A stretch of 64,000 nucleotides of DNA from an uncultured Acidobacteriota bacterium (GCA_963720545.1 OY970399.1:2048001-2112000), one strand, 5' to 3'. Numbered from the stretch's first letter, positions 45,830 to 56,717 are shown. Translations and numbers: made by a program. Notes: generated by a model not told the origin, from the sequence alone.

Positions 45830-46771
45830 ATGCGAATCGACCGGCAGCGGATACTCGCCGCGCGCGGCGCCATCGACCCGGTGTTCCTCGACTCGCCGGT
45901 CGTCTCGAGCGGCGGCCTCGACGACCTCCTCGGCTGCCGCTGCGTGCTCAAGGTCGAGACCCTCAACCCGATCCGTTCCTTCAAGGGGCGCGGCACCGAA
46001 GCCGTGATGGAGTCGCTGCGCCCCGCACCGCAGCGGGTCGTGACCACGTCGAGCGGCAACTTCGGCCAGGGGATGGCGCGCGCCGGCGTGCGCCGCGGCA
46101 TCGCGGTCACGGTGTTCTCGTCGGTGGACGACAACCCGGGCAAGCTCGCGGCGATGCGCCGCCTGGGTGCCGACGTGCAGCTCGTCGCGCGCGGCCTTGT
46201 CGGCCGCGACCTGGCGCTCGCCGAAGCGGCGCGCACCGGAGCCACCTTCATTGAGGACGGCGCCCATGAGGAAATCGCGGCAGGTGCTGGCACCCTGGCG
46301 GTCGAGCTGCTGCAACAAACTGGCGGGCTCGACGCAATCCTCGTGCAGATCGGCGACGGCGCGCTCGTCACCGGGGTCGGGTCGTGGATCAAGGAGACGG
46401 CACCTCAGACCCGCGTCCTCGGCGTGTGCGCCGCCGGTTCGCCGGCGATGCTCGCCTCCATCGAGGCAAAGAAGCGGCTGACGCTGCCGGCGAACACGAT
46501 CGCCGACGGCATGGCGATCGACGAGCCGGTCGAGTCCGCCGCGGAAACGATCGCATCGCTCGCCGACGGCTTTGTCGTGGTGGACGACGCCGCGCTCATC
46601 TCCGCCATGGGCCTGTTGCTCCGCGACGCAGGCATCGTCGCGGAGCCTTCGGGTGCCGCCGGCATCGCCGCAATCCTCCAGGAGCCCGAACGCTTTCGCG
46701 GCCAGAGCGTCGGGGTGATCGTCACCGGCAGCAACGTGCTGCCGGAACTGCTGCGCCAGGCGACCTCGTAG
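45830..46771 (+). CDS. PLP-dependent threonine/serine dehydratase-family enzyme
   Basis: KVETLNPIRSFKGRG, SSGNFGQG, IGDGAL, EPSGAAG. Confidence 0.88.
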   Translation: MRIDRQRILAARGAIDPVFLDSPVVSSGGLDDLLGCRCVLKVETLNPIRSFKGRGTEAVMESLRPAPQRVVTTSSGNFGQGMARAGVRRGIAVTVFSSVDDNPGKLAAMRRLGADVQLVARGLVGRDLALAEAARTGATFIEDGAHEEIAAGAGTLAVELLQQTGGLDAILVQIGDGALVTGVGSWIKETAPQTRVLGVCAAGSPAMLASIEAKKRLTLPANTIADGMAIDEPVESAAETIASLADGFVVVDDAALISAMGLLLRDAGIVAEPSGAAGIAAILQEPERFRGQSVGVIVTGSNVLPELLRQATS

Positions 46772-46777
46772 CCGCGG

Positions 46778-47263
46778 CTATTTGCTGCCGGAGAATCCGA
46801 TCACCACGCCGCCCGGCGCACGCACGATGGCGATGCGCACGCCTTCCATGATGGTCTCGGGAGACATCAAGGCCGCGGCACCGGCTGCAACCGCCTTGGC
46901 GAACGCCTTGTCCACGTTGGCGACGTGCAGGTACGGGGTGCTGCTGGGCGCTTCGCCGGCGTTCAGGTTGCGGATGCCGCCGCCGCCCTTGTCGGAATAC
47001 GTGAAGAGATGATACTCACCGTTCGGCGACGGAATGCTGGGCTGAAACGTCCAGCCGAGCGCCTCCGCGCACCAGCTCTTTGTAGCACCGGCGTCCGAAC
47101 TCGCGAGCTCTGTGTGGGTGATCCAGCCATCGAGGCCCTTCGAGTCGGCAGGCATCCGCCTCGTCTTCGACGTGCGCGGCCGCGACGATGCCTTCGCCTT
47201 GCGCGCCACCTTCTTCCGCGCGGCCTTCTTCTTCGTCACCTTCTTCGTTCGTTTCTTTGCCAT
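46778..47263 (-). CDS. VOC/glyoxalase-family protein with Lys/Arg-rich N-terminal extension
   Basis: WITHTEL, LGWTF, PYLHVANVD, APGGVVIG; RBS AGGAGG. Confidence 0.8.
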   Translation of the reverse strand: MAKKRTKKVTKKKAARKKVARKAKASSRPRTSKTRRMPADSKGLDGWITHTELASSDAGATKSWCAEALGWTFQPSIPSPNGEYHLFTYSDKGGGGIRNLNAGEAPSSTPYLHVANVDKAFAKAVAAGAAALMSPETIMEGVRIAIVRAPGGVVIGFSGSK

Positions 47264-47463
47264 CGATCCTCCTGACCAGGTTTCATTGTGTCAGACCGGA
47301 GCTGGCGTGAGTTCCGGCGCATTCAACAAAACCGTTACTCAGACCCTTTCAAAAGAAGACGCCGCGAAGTAAAGTCTCTATCGACGGGCCGGGGGCGGTG
47401 TCGAGCGATCCTGAGCGCGAGACATTGGCTTCGGCCCGTTTTTCTTTTGCGCGCAGCAACGGA

Positions 47464-47510
47464 GAGATCCTTCGCCGCGACGGCACGGCGTCCGCGGCTC
47501 AGGAAAACGG
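47464..47510 (+). repeat. REP-like element (divergent copy)
   Basis: GAGATCCTTCGCCGCG...CGCGGCTCAGGAAAACGG; same ends as the 29670 and 40218 copies with a different internal hairpin. Confidence 0.7.
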
Positions 47511-47518
47511 CTGTTACT

Positions 47519-47646
47519 CAGGACCGAGCGTCAGCGAGGGAGCTGAGCCGATTGGCCGGATTCGATTACGTCGGCGATCTTCGCGAAGCGAAGTCGCGCG
47601 GAACTGAATTCCCGCCGCTCCGACAGGACCGAGCGTCAGCGAGGGA
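47519..47646. repeat. 23-bp direct repeat pair adjacent to the tRNA-Ser 3' end
   Basis: CAGGACCGAGCGTCAGCGAGGGA at 47519-47541 and 47624-47646. Confidence 0.8.
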
Positions 47647-47647
47647 C

Positions 47648-47741
<94 letters not shown>

Positions 47742-47835
47742 GCGAAAGGGTGGATTGCCAATGGGCGTGGCGCAGCTGGCAGGATACCACTTAACATCGC
47801 TGCGGCCTTTTCACGGTCCATAGGGTGGTGCAGCG

Positions 47836-49480
47836 TTGAAAGCAGCGTTTCTCCTGGTCTTTTTGCTCGCCACGGGCGTGCGCGCGAGCGATGCGCTGCT
47901 GCCGCGGATCGAGGACAAGTATCTCGACCTTTTCGAGATTCGTGACCGGCTCGCGGTGGCGCGGGCGAAGGACGCGAAGGCGTTTCCGGACGGCACCACG
48001 GTGACGTCGGCCAGAGCCGACTTCCGCAAGCTCCACGATGAAATCCAGAAGGAGCTCGAGTCGCTCGACCAGGCGGCGCTGCCGGCGGACGACCGCAAGG
48101 CGCTCGAAACGATGCAGCATGCCCTCCTCACCAACCTCTCGCCGCGCGACGACTCGGAACGCACCGAAACCGGCAAGGATGTCGAGTGCCCGTTCGATGC
48201 CGCGGCGGTCTTGAAGAAGACCGGCCTCGAAGGGCCTGCAGAACGCGACCTATGGCTGCTACGGACGCGAGGCAGGAGCGATCGCCTTCGAAGGCAACAA
48301 GTACGCGCGCCTCACCATCCTCGAGATGATGACGCGCGCCGACGATGCGGCGCGGCGCAAGGCGTTGTTCATGGCGATGGTGCCGATGTTCCGCGCGGTG
48401 AACGGCGACGACGATGCGCTGAGCCCGTACCGCTCCATGCTGCCGCTGTCGGCGGCAAAGTGGAACAAGGAAGGCTCGCCGATCGAAGCCAACCTCGAGT
48501 CGCTCGGCATCGAAAGCGCGAAGCTCGAGGGCTGGCTCGTCGCGATCCTCGAGGCGTGGCGCGAGCTGGCGCCGGTCGAGCCGGTCGAGCCGTGGGACTA
48601 CGACTACGTTCACGGTGCCGCCGGCCGCGAACTGGCGGCGCGCGTGCCGCTCGAAGAACTGCTGGCGATCAACAGCCGCGCCTATGCCGACCTCGGCGCC
48701 GATGTCGCGAAGCTGAACGTGCAGTTCGACGTCAAGCCGCGGCCCGGCAAGACGCCGGTGGCGTTCTGCGACTTCGGCGCGCGCCCGCGGCTGCGCAACG
48801 GCGCGTGGACGCCCGGGCAGCCGTCGATCTTCGCCACCTACGAGACGGGCGGCCTCGGCAACCTCAACGAGCTGATCCACGAGACCGGGCACGCCGTGCA
48901 CATCGCCGCCATCCGGACCCGCCCCGCCTATCGCGACTGGCCCGACAGCGACGCGCTCACCGAGGGGCTCGCCGACATGTTCTCGCTCGAGATCTACGAG
49001 CCTGCGTGGCAGCGCAAGTACCTGGGCGCCGAGGCGCCGCTGCGCGACAGCCTGCGCTCGAAATACTCGGGCATCGTCTTCGACGTCGCCTGGGCGCTCT
49101 TCGAGTGGCGCATGCACCGCGAGCCGAACGCCGACCCCAACGCCGTGTGGACCGGCATCGCCGCGCGCTACCTGGGGATCAAGGAACACCCCGAGTGGAG
49201 CTGGTGGGCGCGCCGCGGGCAGCTCGTCAACTCGCCGGGTTACATGATGAACTACGCGCTCGGCGCCATCCTCGTCGCCGACATCCGGGCGCGGGCGCGC
49301 GAGCTGCGCGGGCCGCTGATGGACGACCGCGACTACTACGAATGGCTCTCGGAGCGCATCTACCGCTTCGGACTGTCGCGGCCCTCGGGCGAAGTGGTGC
49401 GCGACTTCCTCGGCCGGGCGCCTTCCGCCGACGCGCTCGTCGCCGACCTGCGGCGCGGCTATCTCAAGGCGGGATCGTAG
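47836..49480 (+). CDS. Secreted gluzincin metallopeptidase (M2/M3/M32-like), frameshift at about 48232
   Basis: HETGH plus downstream ALTEGLA, PWDYDY, YMMNYALG; the N-terminal part with signal peptide is in another frame. Confidence 0.75.
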
Positions 49481-50670
49481 TCGAACGGATCGACGCCGCG
49501 CTCGTCGGGGCGGCGGCGTGAGAGGTGCAGGCTGCCGTCGGCGGTGGCGCGGATGCGCCGGTAGCCGAGGCGCTCCAGCACGCGGCGGGTGCCACGACGG
49601 CTGGTGCCGACCGTGAACTCATCGGCCCCAACCCGCGTCAGGCCCGGCAGGAACGCGGCGAACACCGCGGTCGGGACCTTGCGGATCAATCCCGAGAATC
49701 GCAGCAGCGAAGCCGGCACGTCGCGCACGATGAAGAACCCGTCGTCGCCCTGCGCCTGGTAGCGCGGCATCAGCAGCCGACCGCTCGTCACCGCACCGAT
49801 GCGGCCGTGATGATCGCGGGCGAGTGTGTGGCCCTTGCGCACGCCCTCGAGGCTCGCGAGACCCGGCTCCATGGTGAAACCGTCCTGCGGGCGCGTCACG
49901 TGCCGGTGGCGCACCTCGACGAAGCGCGGCAATTTGGCGGTCGCCTGCGCCAGCGTTGCGCGGTGTCGCGCGAGGTGGTCCACTTCGTCCGCACGCAGCG
50001 CCCCGGTCGCGACCAGGCTGATCCAGATGGCGGCTTCGTGGCGCAGCACGGTCGCCGGGTCGTCGTTCTGGCCGCCTTCGATCGCGATGCCCGAATGCCC
50101 CAGGTCGCACAGGAAGCCGAGCAGCGTGCCGTCGAGCATCTCTTCGATGCCGAGGATCACCGGCATCGGCAGCGCCGCCGCCACGGTGTAGTTGCGGCGC
50201 ACGTCCGCGATGCACGCGAACGGCGCGCCGGGCCCGGAGGTGCTGTGCAGGTCGATGAAGGTGACGGGCTTCGGATCGGGTTCGCAGATGTAGGGCGCAA
50301 GTGCCGCGAGCAGCCCGCGCTGCGCGGCGTCCTCGTGCGCCGAGCCGTAGCCGTGGCGCAGCGCCGACAGCGTGCGCCCATGCCAGCCGCGGTTGAGGTC
50401 GCGGCTCAGGTAGCGCTGGCCGCTCTTCAGCGCCTCGGGGTTGCCCAGCAGGCCGCAGACAGTACCGCGCAGCGGCAGCTGGCGCTCGCGCAGCTGCGTG
50501 AGCACGCTGCGGATGGCGGCGACGCCGGCCGGCTCGTTGCCGTGCACGCCGCCGATGAGCACGACCGTCGGCCCAGGCTTCCCGGTCGAGTACTTCCCGA
50601 GCTGCCAGGCATCGGTCTTCGGTGCTATGCCTCTCTGGCTGCGCAGGTCGGGAAACTGCAGGACGCTCAT
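49459..50670 (-). CDS. Succinylglutamate desuccinylase/aspartoacylase-family protein
   Basis: GGVHGNEPAG, RDLNR, IDLHSTS, IEGGQ. Confidence 0.88.
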   Translation of the reverse strand: MSVLQFPDLRSQRGIAPKTDAWQLGKYSTGKPGPTVVLIGGVHGNEPAGVAAIRSVLTQLRERQLPLRGTVCGLLGNPEALKSGQRYLSRDLNRGWHGRTLSALRHGYGSAHEDAAQRGLLAALAPYICEPDPKPVTFIDLHSTSGPGAPFACIADVRRNYTVAAALPMPVILGIEEMLDGTLLGFLCDLGHSGIAIEGGQNDDPATVLRHEAAIWISLVATGALRADEVDHLARHRATLAQATAKLPRFVEVRHRHVTRPQDGFTMEPGLASLEGVRKGHTLARDHHGRIGAVTSGRLLMPRYQAQGDDGFFIVRDVPASLLRFSGLIRKVPTAVFAAFLPGLTRVGADEFTVGTSRRGTRRVLERLGYRRIRATADGSLHLSRRRPDERGVDPFDYDPALR

Positions 50671-50766
50671 GGGAAGCGCAGCGTATCGAAAGGCCGCCGC
50701 GGTGCGAGCTTCCGCCGTCACTGTTTGATCGAAGCGGCGGGTGGACGTGAGAATGCTCACGTTCCC

Positions 50767-52593
50767 GTGGAGATTTCCGCCAGGCGCCCGTGGCAGCGGT
50801 CAGCGCTTCTCGCCCTCGTGCTGGCGCCCAAGGCGCTGGTGCTCCGCGAGCTGGCCGGTAGCCCTTCCCTGCAGCCGACCGCCGGCCTCGACGGTGCTGT
50901 ATACGTGGCCCTGGCGCAGCGAATCGCGAACGGCGACCTGCTCGCCGGCCGCGAGGTCTTCTTCGTCTCGCCGCTCTACGCCTGGTTCCTCGCGCCCTTC
51001 CTGGCGCTTGGCGATGCGACGCTCTGGTGGGCGCGACTGGCGCAGGTGCTTCTCGGCACGGCCGCCGTGGCGCTCGTCTACGCCACGGCGCGACGGCTTG
51101 CGAACCCTGGCGCCGGCATCGCCGCTGCCGCGGCGCTCGCCCTTTGCGGCGTCGCCACCTTCAATGAGGTGCTGATCCTGCAGTCGGCCCTCGACCCGTT
51201 CCTCATGGCGCTCGCCCTCTTCCTGCTGCTGAGGGCGCTGGGTGGCGCTGACGGCGCCGGTACCGCGCGGCTCGTTGTCGCGGGGACGGCGCTCGGGCTG
51301 TTCGCGCTGAACCGCCCGAACGTCCTGCTGGTTGCGGCCGCGGTCGTCGCCGCGATCGCGATCGCAGGCGGCGCGTCGAGGTACCGGCGCGCCGCGGCCT
51401 ACGCGGCCGGCGTGGCGCTCGCGATCGTGCCGGCGACGGCCCGCAACGCCTGGGTGGCGCACGACTTCGTGCCGGTGTCCGCCCATGGCGGGCTCAATTT
51501 CTACATCGGTAACAACCCTGCCGCGGACGGCACCTACAAGGCGCTCCCCGGCATCGCTCCCGACATCGCGGGACAGGCACGCGACGCCCGCGCGCTGGCC
51601 GAACGCGCGGCCGGCCGGCCGCTCCGGCCCTCCCAGGTGGATGCGCACTTCTATGAGGAAGCGTTTCAGTGGCTGCTCGGCTCCCCTGCCGCGGCGGCGA
51701 AGCTGCTGGCGACGAAGCTCGCCTACGTGCTGAGCCGGGCCGACATCGCCCTCAACTACTCCTACGCTTTCTACGCGAGCGAAGAGTCGGCGGTGCTGCG
51801 CTACCTCTTCGTCGGCGCCGCGCTCCTGGTGCCGCTGGGCGCCGTCGGCCTGTTCCTCGCCTGGCGCACTGCCGCGCCCGCGCTCACCCCCTGGTTCGTG
51901 GTCGCGCCGGCCTATGCGCTGAGCGTGGCGCTCTTCTTCGTCACCTCGCGCTACCGGCTCGCGCTGTTCGTGCCGCTCGCGATCGGCACCGGCATCGCAG
52001 TGGCGCGTCTTTGCGGCTGGCTGCGGGCCGGGAACCATCGCGCCGCGGCGCTCACGGCACTCGCCGTCGCAGGCTGCGGCGCCATCGCCTGGAACGATCA
52101 CGGGCTGGACGACGGCTGGGGCTCGGAAGCCGGCGAAAAGGCGCTGCTGCTGGTTGCCGGCGGCGAGGACGCCGCAGCGGACGCGCTGTTATTGCGGCTG
52201 CAAACGGCGCGAGTAAACCGCACGGCGCTCGCCGCACGCCTCGCCGAGGCTTACGCGCAGCGCGGCGAGACGGCGCTTGGCGCCGGCGATTTCGCGGGCG
52301 CCGAAAAGCTCCTGGGCAAGGCGGTCGGCGCCGATCCCGCGGCGGCGCCCGTTTGGGAGAAGCTCGGCGTGGCACTCGCCCGCCTCGGGCGCCTCGACGA
52401 CGCGCGCAAAGCGCTGGAGGCCGCGCGCGACCTCGACCCGGCAAGCGCCAGCGCGCACCTCAACCTGGCGGTGGTGCTGGGTCAGCTGGGCCGTATCGAC
52501 GCGGCACTGGGCGAAGCCGACGAGGCGCTGCGCCTGCGGCCGGATTACCGCGAAGCGCTGGGCCTGCGCGAGGCGTTGCGGCGGCTGCAGTAA
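50767..52593 (+). CDS. GT-C (family 39/ArnT-like) membrane glycosyltransferase with C-terminal TPR repeats
   Basis: LDGAVY, FFVSPLY, RPN, GGLNFYIGNNP, SRYRL, TPR helices; start uncertain. Confidence 0.8.
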   Translation: MEISARRPWQRSALLALVLAPKALVLRELAGSPSLQPTAGLDGAVYVALAQRIANGDLLAGREVFFVSPLYAWFLAPFLALGDATLWWARLAQVLLGTAAVALVYATARRLANPGAGIAAAAALALCGVATFNEVLILQSALDPFLMALALFLLLRALGGADGAGTARLVVAGTALGLFALNRPNVLLVAAAVVAAIAIAGGASRYRRAAAYAAGVALAIVPATARNAWVAHDFVPVSAHGGLNFYIGNNPAADGTYKALPGIAPDIAGQARDARALAERAAGRPLRPSQVDAHFYEEAFQWLLGSPAAAAKLLATKLAYVLSRADIALNYSYAFYASEESAVLRYLFVGAALLVPLGAVGLFLAWRTAAPALTPWFVVAPAYALSVALFFVTSRYRLALFVPLAIGTGIAVARLCGWLRAGNHRAAALTALAVAGCGAIAWNDHGLDDGWGSEAGEKALLLVAGGEDAAADALLLRLQTARVNRTALAARLAEAYAQRGETALGAGDFAGAEKLLGKAVGADPAAAPVWEKLGVALARLGRLDDARKALEAARDLDPASASAHLNLAVVLGQLGRIDAALGEADEALRLRPDYREALGLREALRRLQ

Positions 52594-53328
52594 TCAGGGG
52601 TTCAGTGTCGAGTACTGGACGCGCACCCGCTGCAGGTAGATGGAATCGAGCGGCGAGACGGTCAGCGACTGGTCGAGCTCGAAGACATACGCGCACGAGG
52701 CGTTGTCGACCACCATGTCGGGCAGGTCCATGAAACCCGACTGCGGCGCGTGCACCTCCGGATCGGTGGTGGCGGTCGCGAGCAAAGTGACGACGGGATG
52801 CCCGCCCTCGAACGCCGGCAGGCAGGTGGAGAAGAAGCGGAACACGATGAGGTCGGGATCGCCCTCGAACTTCTGGTCGACGGCCCACCACCGCAGACCC
52901 TGCAGCCGCGCACCCTTCTCGAGCTGCACCTGCAGCGAGTGGCGCGGGTCGGAGCGGTTCTGCGGCCAGTAGCGCAGCTGCAGCCCGCTCGACAGCGGCG
53001 CGCTCGTGACGATGTCGTTCGCCACCAGGTTCTGCGAGTCGTAGGTCTTGTAGCGGATGATGCGGTCGATCTTCTGGGCCGTGCTGCGGCGCGCGACAGT
53101 CTGCCGCGCGGCGGCCGACAGCTCGTCGCCCGCCATGCCGCCCGGCGGCTGCGCCACGTCGGCGCCCGGGGCAATGAAGAAGATAGCATCGTCCGACAGG
53201 CCGTAGGACTGCAGCTCGGCCGGATCGGTGACGAGGCGGTGCGCCTGTGCGGAGCGCTCCTCGGCCGCGCGGGCCGGCAAGGGTGCCAGGCCCAGGAGGG
53301 AACACGCAACGACAACCGTCAGTTTCAT
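52594..53328 (-). CDS. Secreted hypothetical protein
   Basis: Signal peptide ending ARA; beta-rich body with two Cys. Confidence 0.7.
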   Translation of the reverse strand: MKLTVVVACSLLGLAPLPARAAEERSAQAHRLVTDPAELQSYGLSDDAIFFIAPGADVAQPPGGMAGDELSAAARQTVARRSTAQKIDRIIRYKTYDSQNLVANDIVTSAPLSSGLQLRYWPQNRSDPRHSLQVQLEKGARLQGLRWWAVDQKFEGDPDLIVFRFFSTCLPAFEGGHPVVTLLATATTDPEVHAPQSGFMDLPDMVVDNASCAYVFELDQSLTVSPLDSIYLQRVRVQYSTLNP

Positions 53329-53420
53329 TGGTCTTTCGCCGCCTCAGTTAGGTGTTGGCGCGAAAGATACCAGAAGATGCCACCCGGCTCGATGAAAAAC
53401 TGCCGGCGGCGGTGATCGCC

Positions 53421-53630
53421 TCAGGTTCGCTTGGATGTGAGCAGCAGGCCACCGCCGACGATCACGGCGACGACACCCGCCCAGGCCGGAATGTCTACCG
53501 ACTTCTTTTCCTCGACGGCGATGTCGATGGGTCCGAGCTTGGCCTTGTGGGTTTCCTGCGTGTAGGAGAAGCCCTTGTAGACGAGGGCCAGGACACCGAG
53601 CACGAGCAGCAGCACTCCGAGCGTCTTCAT
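53421..53630 (-). CDS. Small two-TM membrane protein (DUF3185-like)
   Basis: MKTLGVLLLVLG...LGPIDI...IPAWAG; RBS GGAGGA. Confidence 0.8.
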   Translation of the reverse strand: MKTLGVLLLVLGVLALVYKGFSYTQETHKAKLGPIDIAVEEKKSVDIPAWAGVVAVIVGGGLLLTSKRT

Positions 53631-53716
53631 GATGTTGTCCTCCAGGACCACGAAGCGGCCCTGGAGGACACTGGACATCAAACTCTCGGCCGCCGCAAGC
53701 GGCGGCTTCGCCCCGG

Positions 53717-56521
53717 CTAGAAGTCGATGGTCGCGCTGAGCAGCAGGCGGCGCGGCGGCGCAAAGGCGTTGCCGGTGCCGAAGAACGGGTTGTCGATGAG
53801 CGGCGTGATCACCGGCTGCGGATCCGAGGTGATCGAGTTCGAGGTGTACTGCACCGAGTTCGTCTGGATGCGGGTCTTGCTGTTGAAGGCGTTCAAGAGC
53901 CGCGCCTCGAGAGTGAGGCCGGTGGTTTCGCTGAGCTTCGCGCGATACGCGGTGAGCAGGTCGAAGTTGGTCCAGGTGGGGTTGCGGTGCGCCCCCGCCG
54001 GCTCGACGTAGAAGAGCGCCGCGCCGCCCTGGCTGTCCTGGGCGCGCGCGTTCCACGGCGTGCCGCTCTGCACGCGCAGGTAGCCGCCGAGCGTCAGCCG
54101 GCTGACCGGCTCAACCGTGAGGAACGCCTTGAACACATGCGGGCGGTCGTAGCGCAGCGGGCCGTAGCGGCCGTTTTCCTGCACGTTCGTGCCCGGGCCG
54201 TCCTGGATGAACGAGGAGGTGTTGAAGATGGTGACGTTGAAGTCGTAGTCGAGGTCGAAGTTGCCCTCGAACTTGCTGTACGTGTAGCTGGTGTTGAGCG
54301 CCCAGCGATCCTTCATCCGCCGGTTCACCTCCACCGTCACGCCCTGGTACTTGCGCTTCGCGACGTCGCCCTGGCAGGAGGCGAACGCATCGCACGGCAG
54401 GTTGGCCGCGGCGTACGGGCCGGTGGCGGGCAGCACCGAGGGCACGTCCTCGATGAAGTTCTTCGTGTTGCGGTACGAATAGAAGAGGTCGGCGGCCCAG
54501 TCCTCGCCGATCGGCGTCGCGTAGCCGACCAGGTACTCGTCGTTGTAGGTCGGCTTCAGCGCCGGGTCGATGAGCTTGCCGGTGGTGCTGGCGCGGTCGA
54601 CGTTCGAGATGAGGGCGCCGGTGACGGGGTCGAAGATCGCCTCGCGCTGGAAGATGCGGCGCGGCGCGAGGGATCGGCCCGAGGACTTCTGGTCCATGTT
54701 GTAGTAGCGGCCGTAGTTCGCGTAGACCTTGTCGCCCTGGCCCTCGCGCAGGTTGAAGTTGACGCCGATGCGCGGCTGGATCTCGTCGCCGAAACCGAAG
54801 CGCAGGAAGGTGCAGCGATCGCCGTCGGTCTCGAACACCGCGGCACCGCCGGGCTGATGGCTCGGAGTATTGACGGTGCCGCAGCCGCCGCTATTGGCGA
54901 TCTCCTGGGCGTACTCGTCCTTGTTGGCGAGCACGCCGAGGTTCACGGTGAGGCGCGGACCGAGCGTCACGGTGTCCTGCGCGAAGACCGACCAGGTGCG
55001 GCCCTGGCCGAGCTGTGGTGCCTGCTCGAAGTAATAGCGGGCGCGCAGCCGCGGCAGGCCGCCGACCGTCACCCGCTGGATGTCGCCCCAGCCGTTCGTC
55101 AGCCGGAAGAAGTCTTCCTCGCCAAACTCGTAGCCGGCGCCAACCTTCACCTGGTGGCTGGTCTTGCCGAGGTCGAAGAACTGCCCGAGGCTCGCTTTCA
55201 GCTCCTGGCGCTTGTAGTTGACGCGCGCCGAGTACTCGTAGCCGCCAAAGCGCGTGTTGCCGCGCGTCGGGTCGAGGTAGTAGCCGCTCGCCGCAGGGTT
55301 GGCGACGTTGAAGGGCGTCGGCAGGTAGCCGAGGTCGGTGTTCGGGTCGCTCTGGTTGTTCTCCTTGTAGTAGACGTACTTCACGTCCACCAGGGTGCGC
55401 TGGGTCGGGAAGTACGACCAGGAGGCCGAGGCGATCTTGCTGCCGGTGTCGTCGGTGGTCGCGACGCTCGGATCCGAGGTCGCGAGCAGGCTGCTGAAGT
55501 TCACGTCGCGCGGGCGGTCGCGGAAGCTCAGGTTGATGAGGTGCTTCTGCGATGGCGTGGCGGTGAGCTTGCCGAAGTACTCCTTGCCGGTCGCCTCGCG
55601 GTCGGGCAGCACGGTGCCGAGCTGGTTCTGGCGGTCGTTCAGCACTTCCTTGAAGTAGCGCGCCGAGCCGTACCAGAAGAGCTTGTCCTTGACGAGCGGG
55701 CCGCCGAGGCCGAGCGCCGGGTTGAGCACGGTGGTGACCGTGGTGTCGCGGAACCGGTTGTCGGCGGCGTCGCTGATGAGGCCGTCGGGCATGTACTCGA
55801 AACGCGCCGCGCCGCGCAGCTCGTTGGTGCCCGACTTGGTGACGGCGTTCGCGACGAAGCCGGCCGCACGCCCGCCCTCGGCGCTGATGGCGCCGCGCTT
55901 GATGTTGAACTCGACGATGTCGAGCTCGTTCACTTCGGTAGTCAGGTTGCCGAAGCCCGGGTTCGTGATGTTGACCCCGTCGATGAGATAGACGTTGTCC
56001 TGGCGCGAGCCGCCGCCGTTCGGGCCCACGGGCGTGCGGTTGTCCGCGACCCCGGGGATGAGCTGGAACAGGCCCTTGTACGAGCGCTCCAGCGGCAGGT
56101 CCTTGATGACCTCGGCGGTGTAGTTGAAGTTGACCTCCGAGCTGCGCAGGTCGACCTCGGGTGTCGCGCCCGTGACCGTCACCTCTTCGCTCAACTGCGG
56201 GCTCAGCGTCAGGTTGATCTGCGAGTCGACGTCGACCGAGACGCGAATCTCGCGGCTGGTCTTGCCCATGCCGCTCAGCTGCGCCTCGACCTTGTAGTCG
56301 CCGGGCAGCAGGCGCTGGAAGAAGTAGTCGCCGTTGCTGCCGGTCACGGCGTCGCGCCCCGCGGGCAGCTGCGGGCCGGACACCTTCACGTTGACGCCGG
56401 GCAGGACGCCTCCCTGGGAGTCGCGGATGACGCCGGAGATGGAGCCGGTCTCGCCGCCAAACAGCGGCGCAGAGGACAGAAGGGCCACCACAAGACACGC
56501 AAGGCCCGAGAGCCTCCGCAT
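53717..56521 (-). CDS. TonB-dependent receptor, Oar-like, with N-terminal carboxypeptidase-regulatory-like domain
   Basis: TGSISGVIRDSQGGVLPGV, YLIDGVN, TKSGTNELRG, QPRIG, terminal Phe. Confidence 0.92.
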   Translation of the reverse strand: MRRLSGLACLVVALLSSAPLFGGETGSISGVIRDSQGGVLPGVNVKVSGPQLPAGRDAVTGSNGDYFFQRLLPGDYKVEAQLSGMGKTSREIRVSVDVDSQINLTLSPQLSEEVTVTGATPEVDLRSSEVNFNYTAEVIKDLPLERSYKGLFQLIPGVADNRTPVGPNGGGSRQDNVYLIDGVNITNPGFGNLTTEVNELDIVEFNIKRGAISAEGGRAAGFVANAVTKSGTNELRGAARFEYMPDGLISDAADNRFRDTTVTTVLNPALGLGGPLVKDKLFWYGSARYFKEVLNDRQNQLGTVLPDREATGKEYFGKLTATPSQKHLINLSFRDRPRDVNFSSLLATSDPSVATTDDTGSKIASASWSYFPTQRTLVDVKYVYYKENNQSDPNTDLGYLPTPFNVANPAASGYYLDPTRGNTRFGGYEYSARVNYKRQELKASLGQFFDLGKTSHQVKVGAGYEFGEEDFFRLTNGWGDIQRVTVGGLPRLRARYYFEQAPQLGQGRTWSVFAQDTVTLGPRLTVNLGVLANKDEYAQEIANSGGCGTVNTPSHQPGGAAVFETDGDRCTFLRFGFGDEIQPRIGVNFNLREGQGDKVYANYGRYYNMDQKSSGRSLAPRRIFQREAIFDPVTGALISNVDRASTTGKLIDPALKPTYNDEYLVGYATPIGEDWAADLFYSYRNTKNFIEDVPSVLPATGPYAAANLPCDAFASCQGDVAKRKYQGVTVEVNRRMKDRWALNTSYTYSKFEGNFDLDYDFNVTIFNTSSFIQDGPGTNVQENGRYGPLRYDRPHVFKAFLTVEPVSRLTLGGYLRVQSGTPWNARAQDSQGGAALFYVEPAGAHRNPTWTNFDLLTAYRAKLSETTGLTLEARLLNAFNSKTRIQTNSVQYTSNSITSDPQPVITPLIDNPFFGTGNAFAPPRRLLLSATIDF

Positions 56522-56629
56522 GGAATCACCTCATTGAATGGGCGCGGCAGAACGGCACAGTGTGGAGAGAAAGTATTTCCCTACTCGCGCCGCGCGTCAA
56601 GATGTTCGCGGTTTTGGAGCAGTGCGGTG

Positions 56630-56717
56630 TGGCGGAGGGCGCAGGACTCGAACCCGCAAGGGCCTTGCGGCCCGGGAGCTTTCAAGGCTCCTGCCTTACC
56701 AGTTAGGCTAGCCCTCC
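56630..56717 (-). tRNA. tRNA-Ser (TGA)
   Basis: GGAGGGC...GCCCTCC-GCCA, anticodon arm GGAGC-CTTGAAA-GCTCC, long variable arm. Confidence 0.93.

Noticed and set aside
56630..56717. tRNA-Sec
   Set aside because: The anticodon is TGA (reads UCA, Ser), not TCA, and the acceptor stem is a normal 7 bp.
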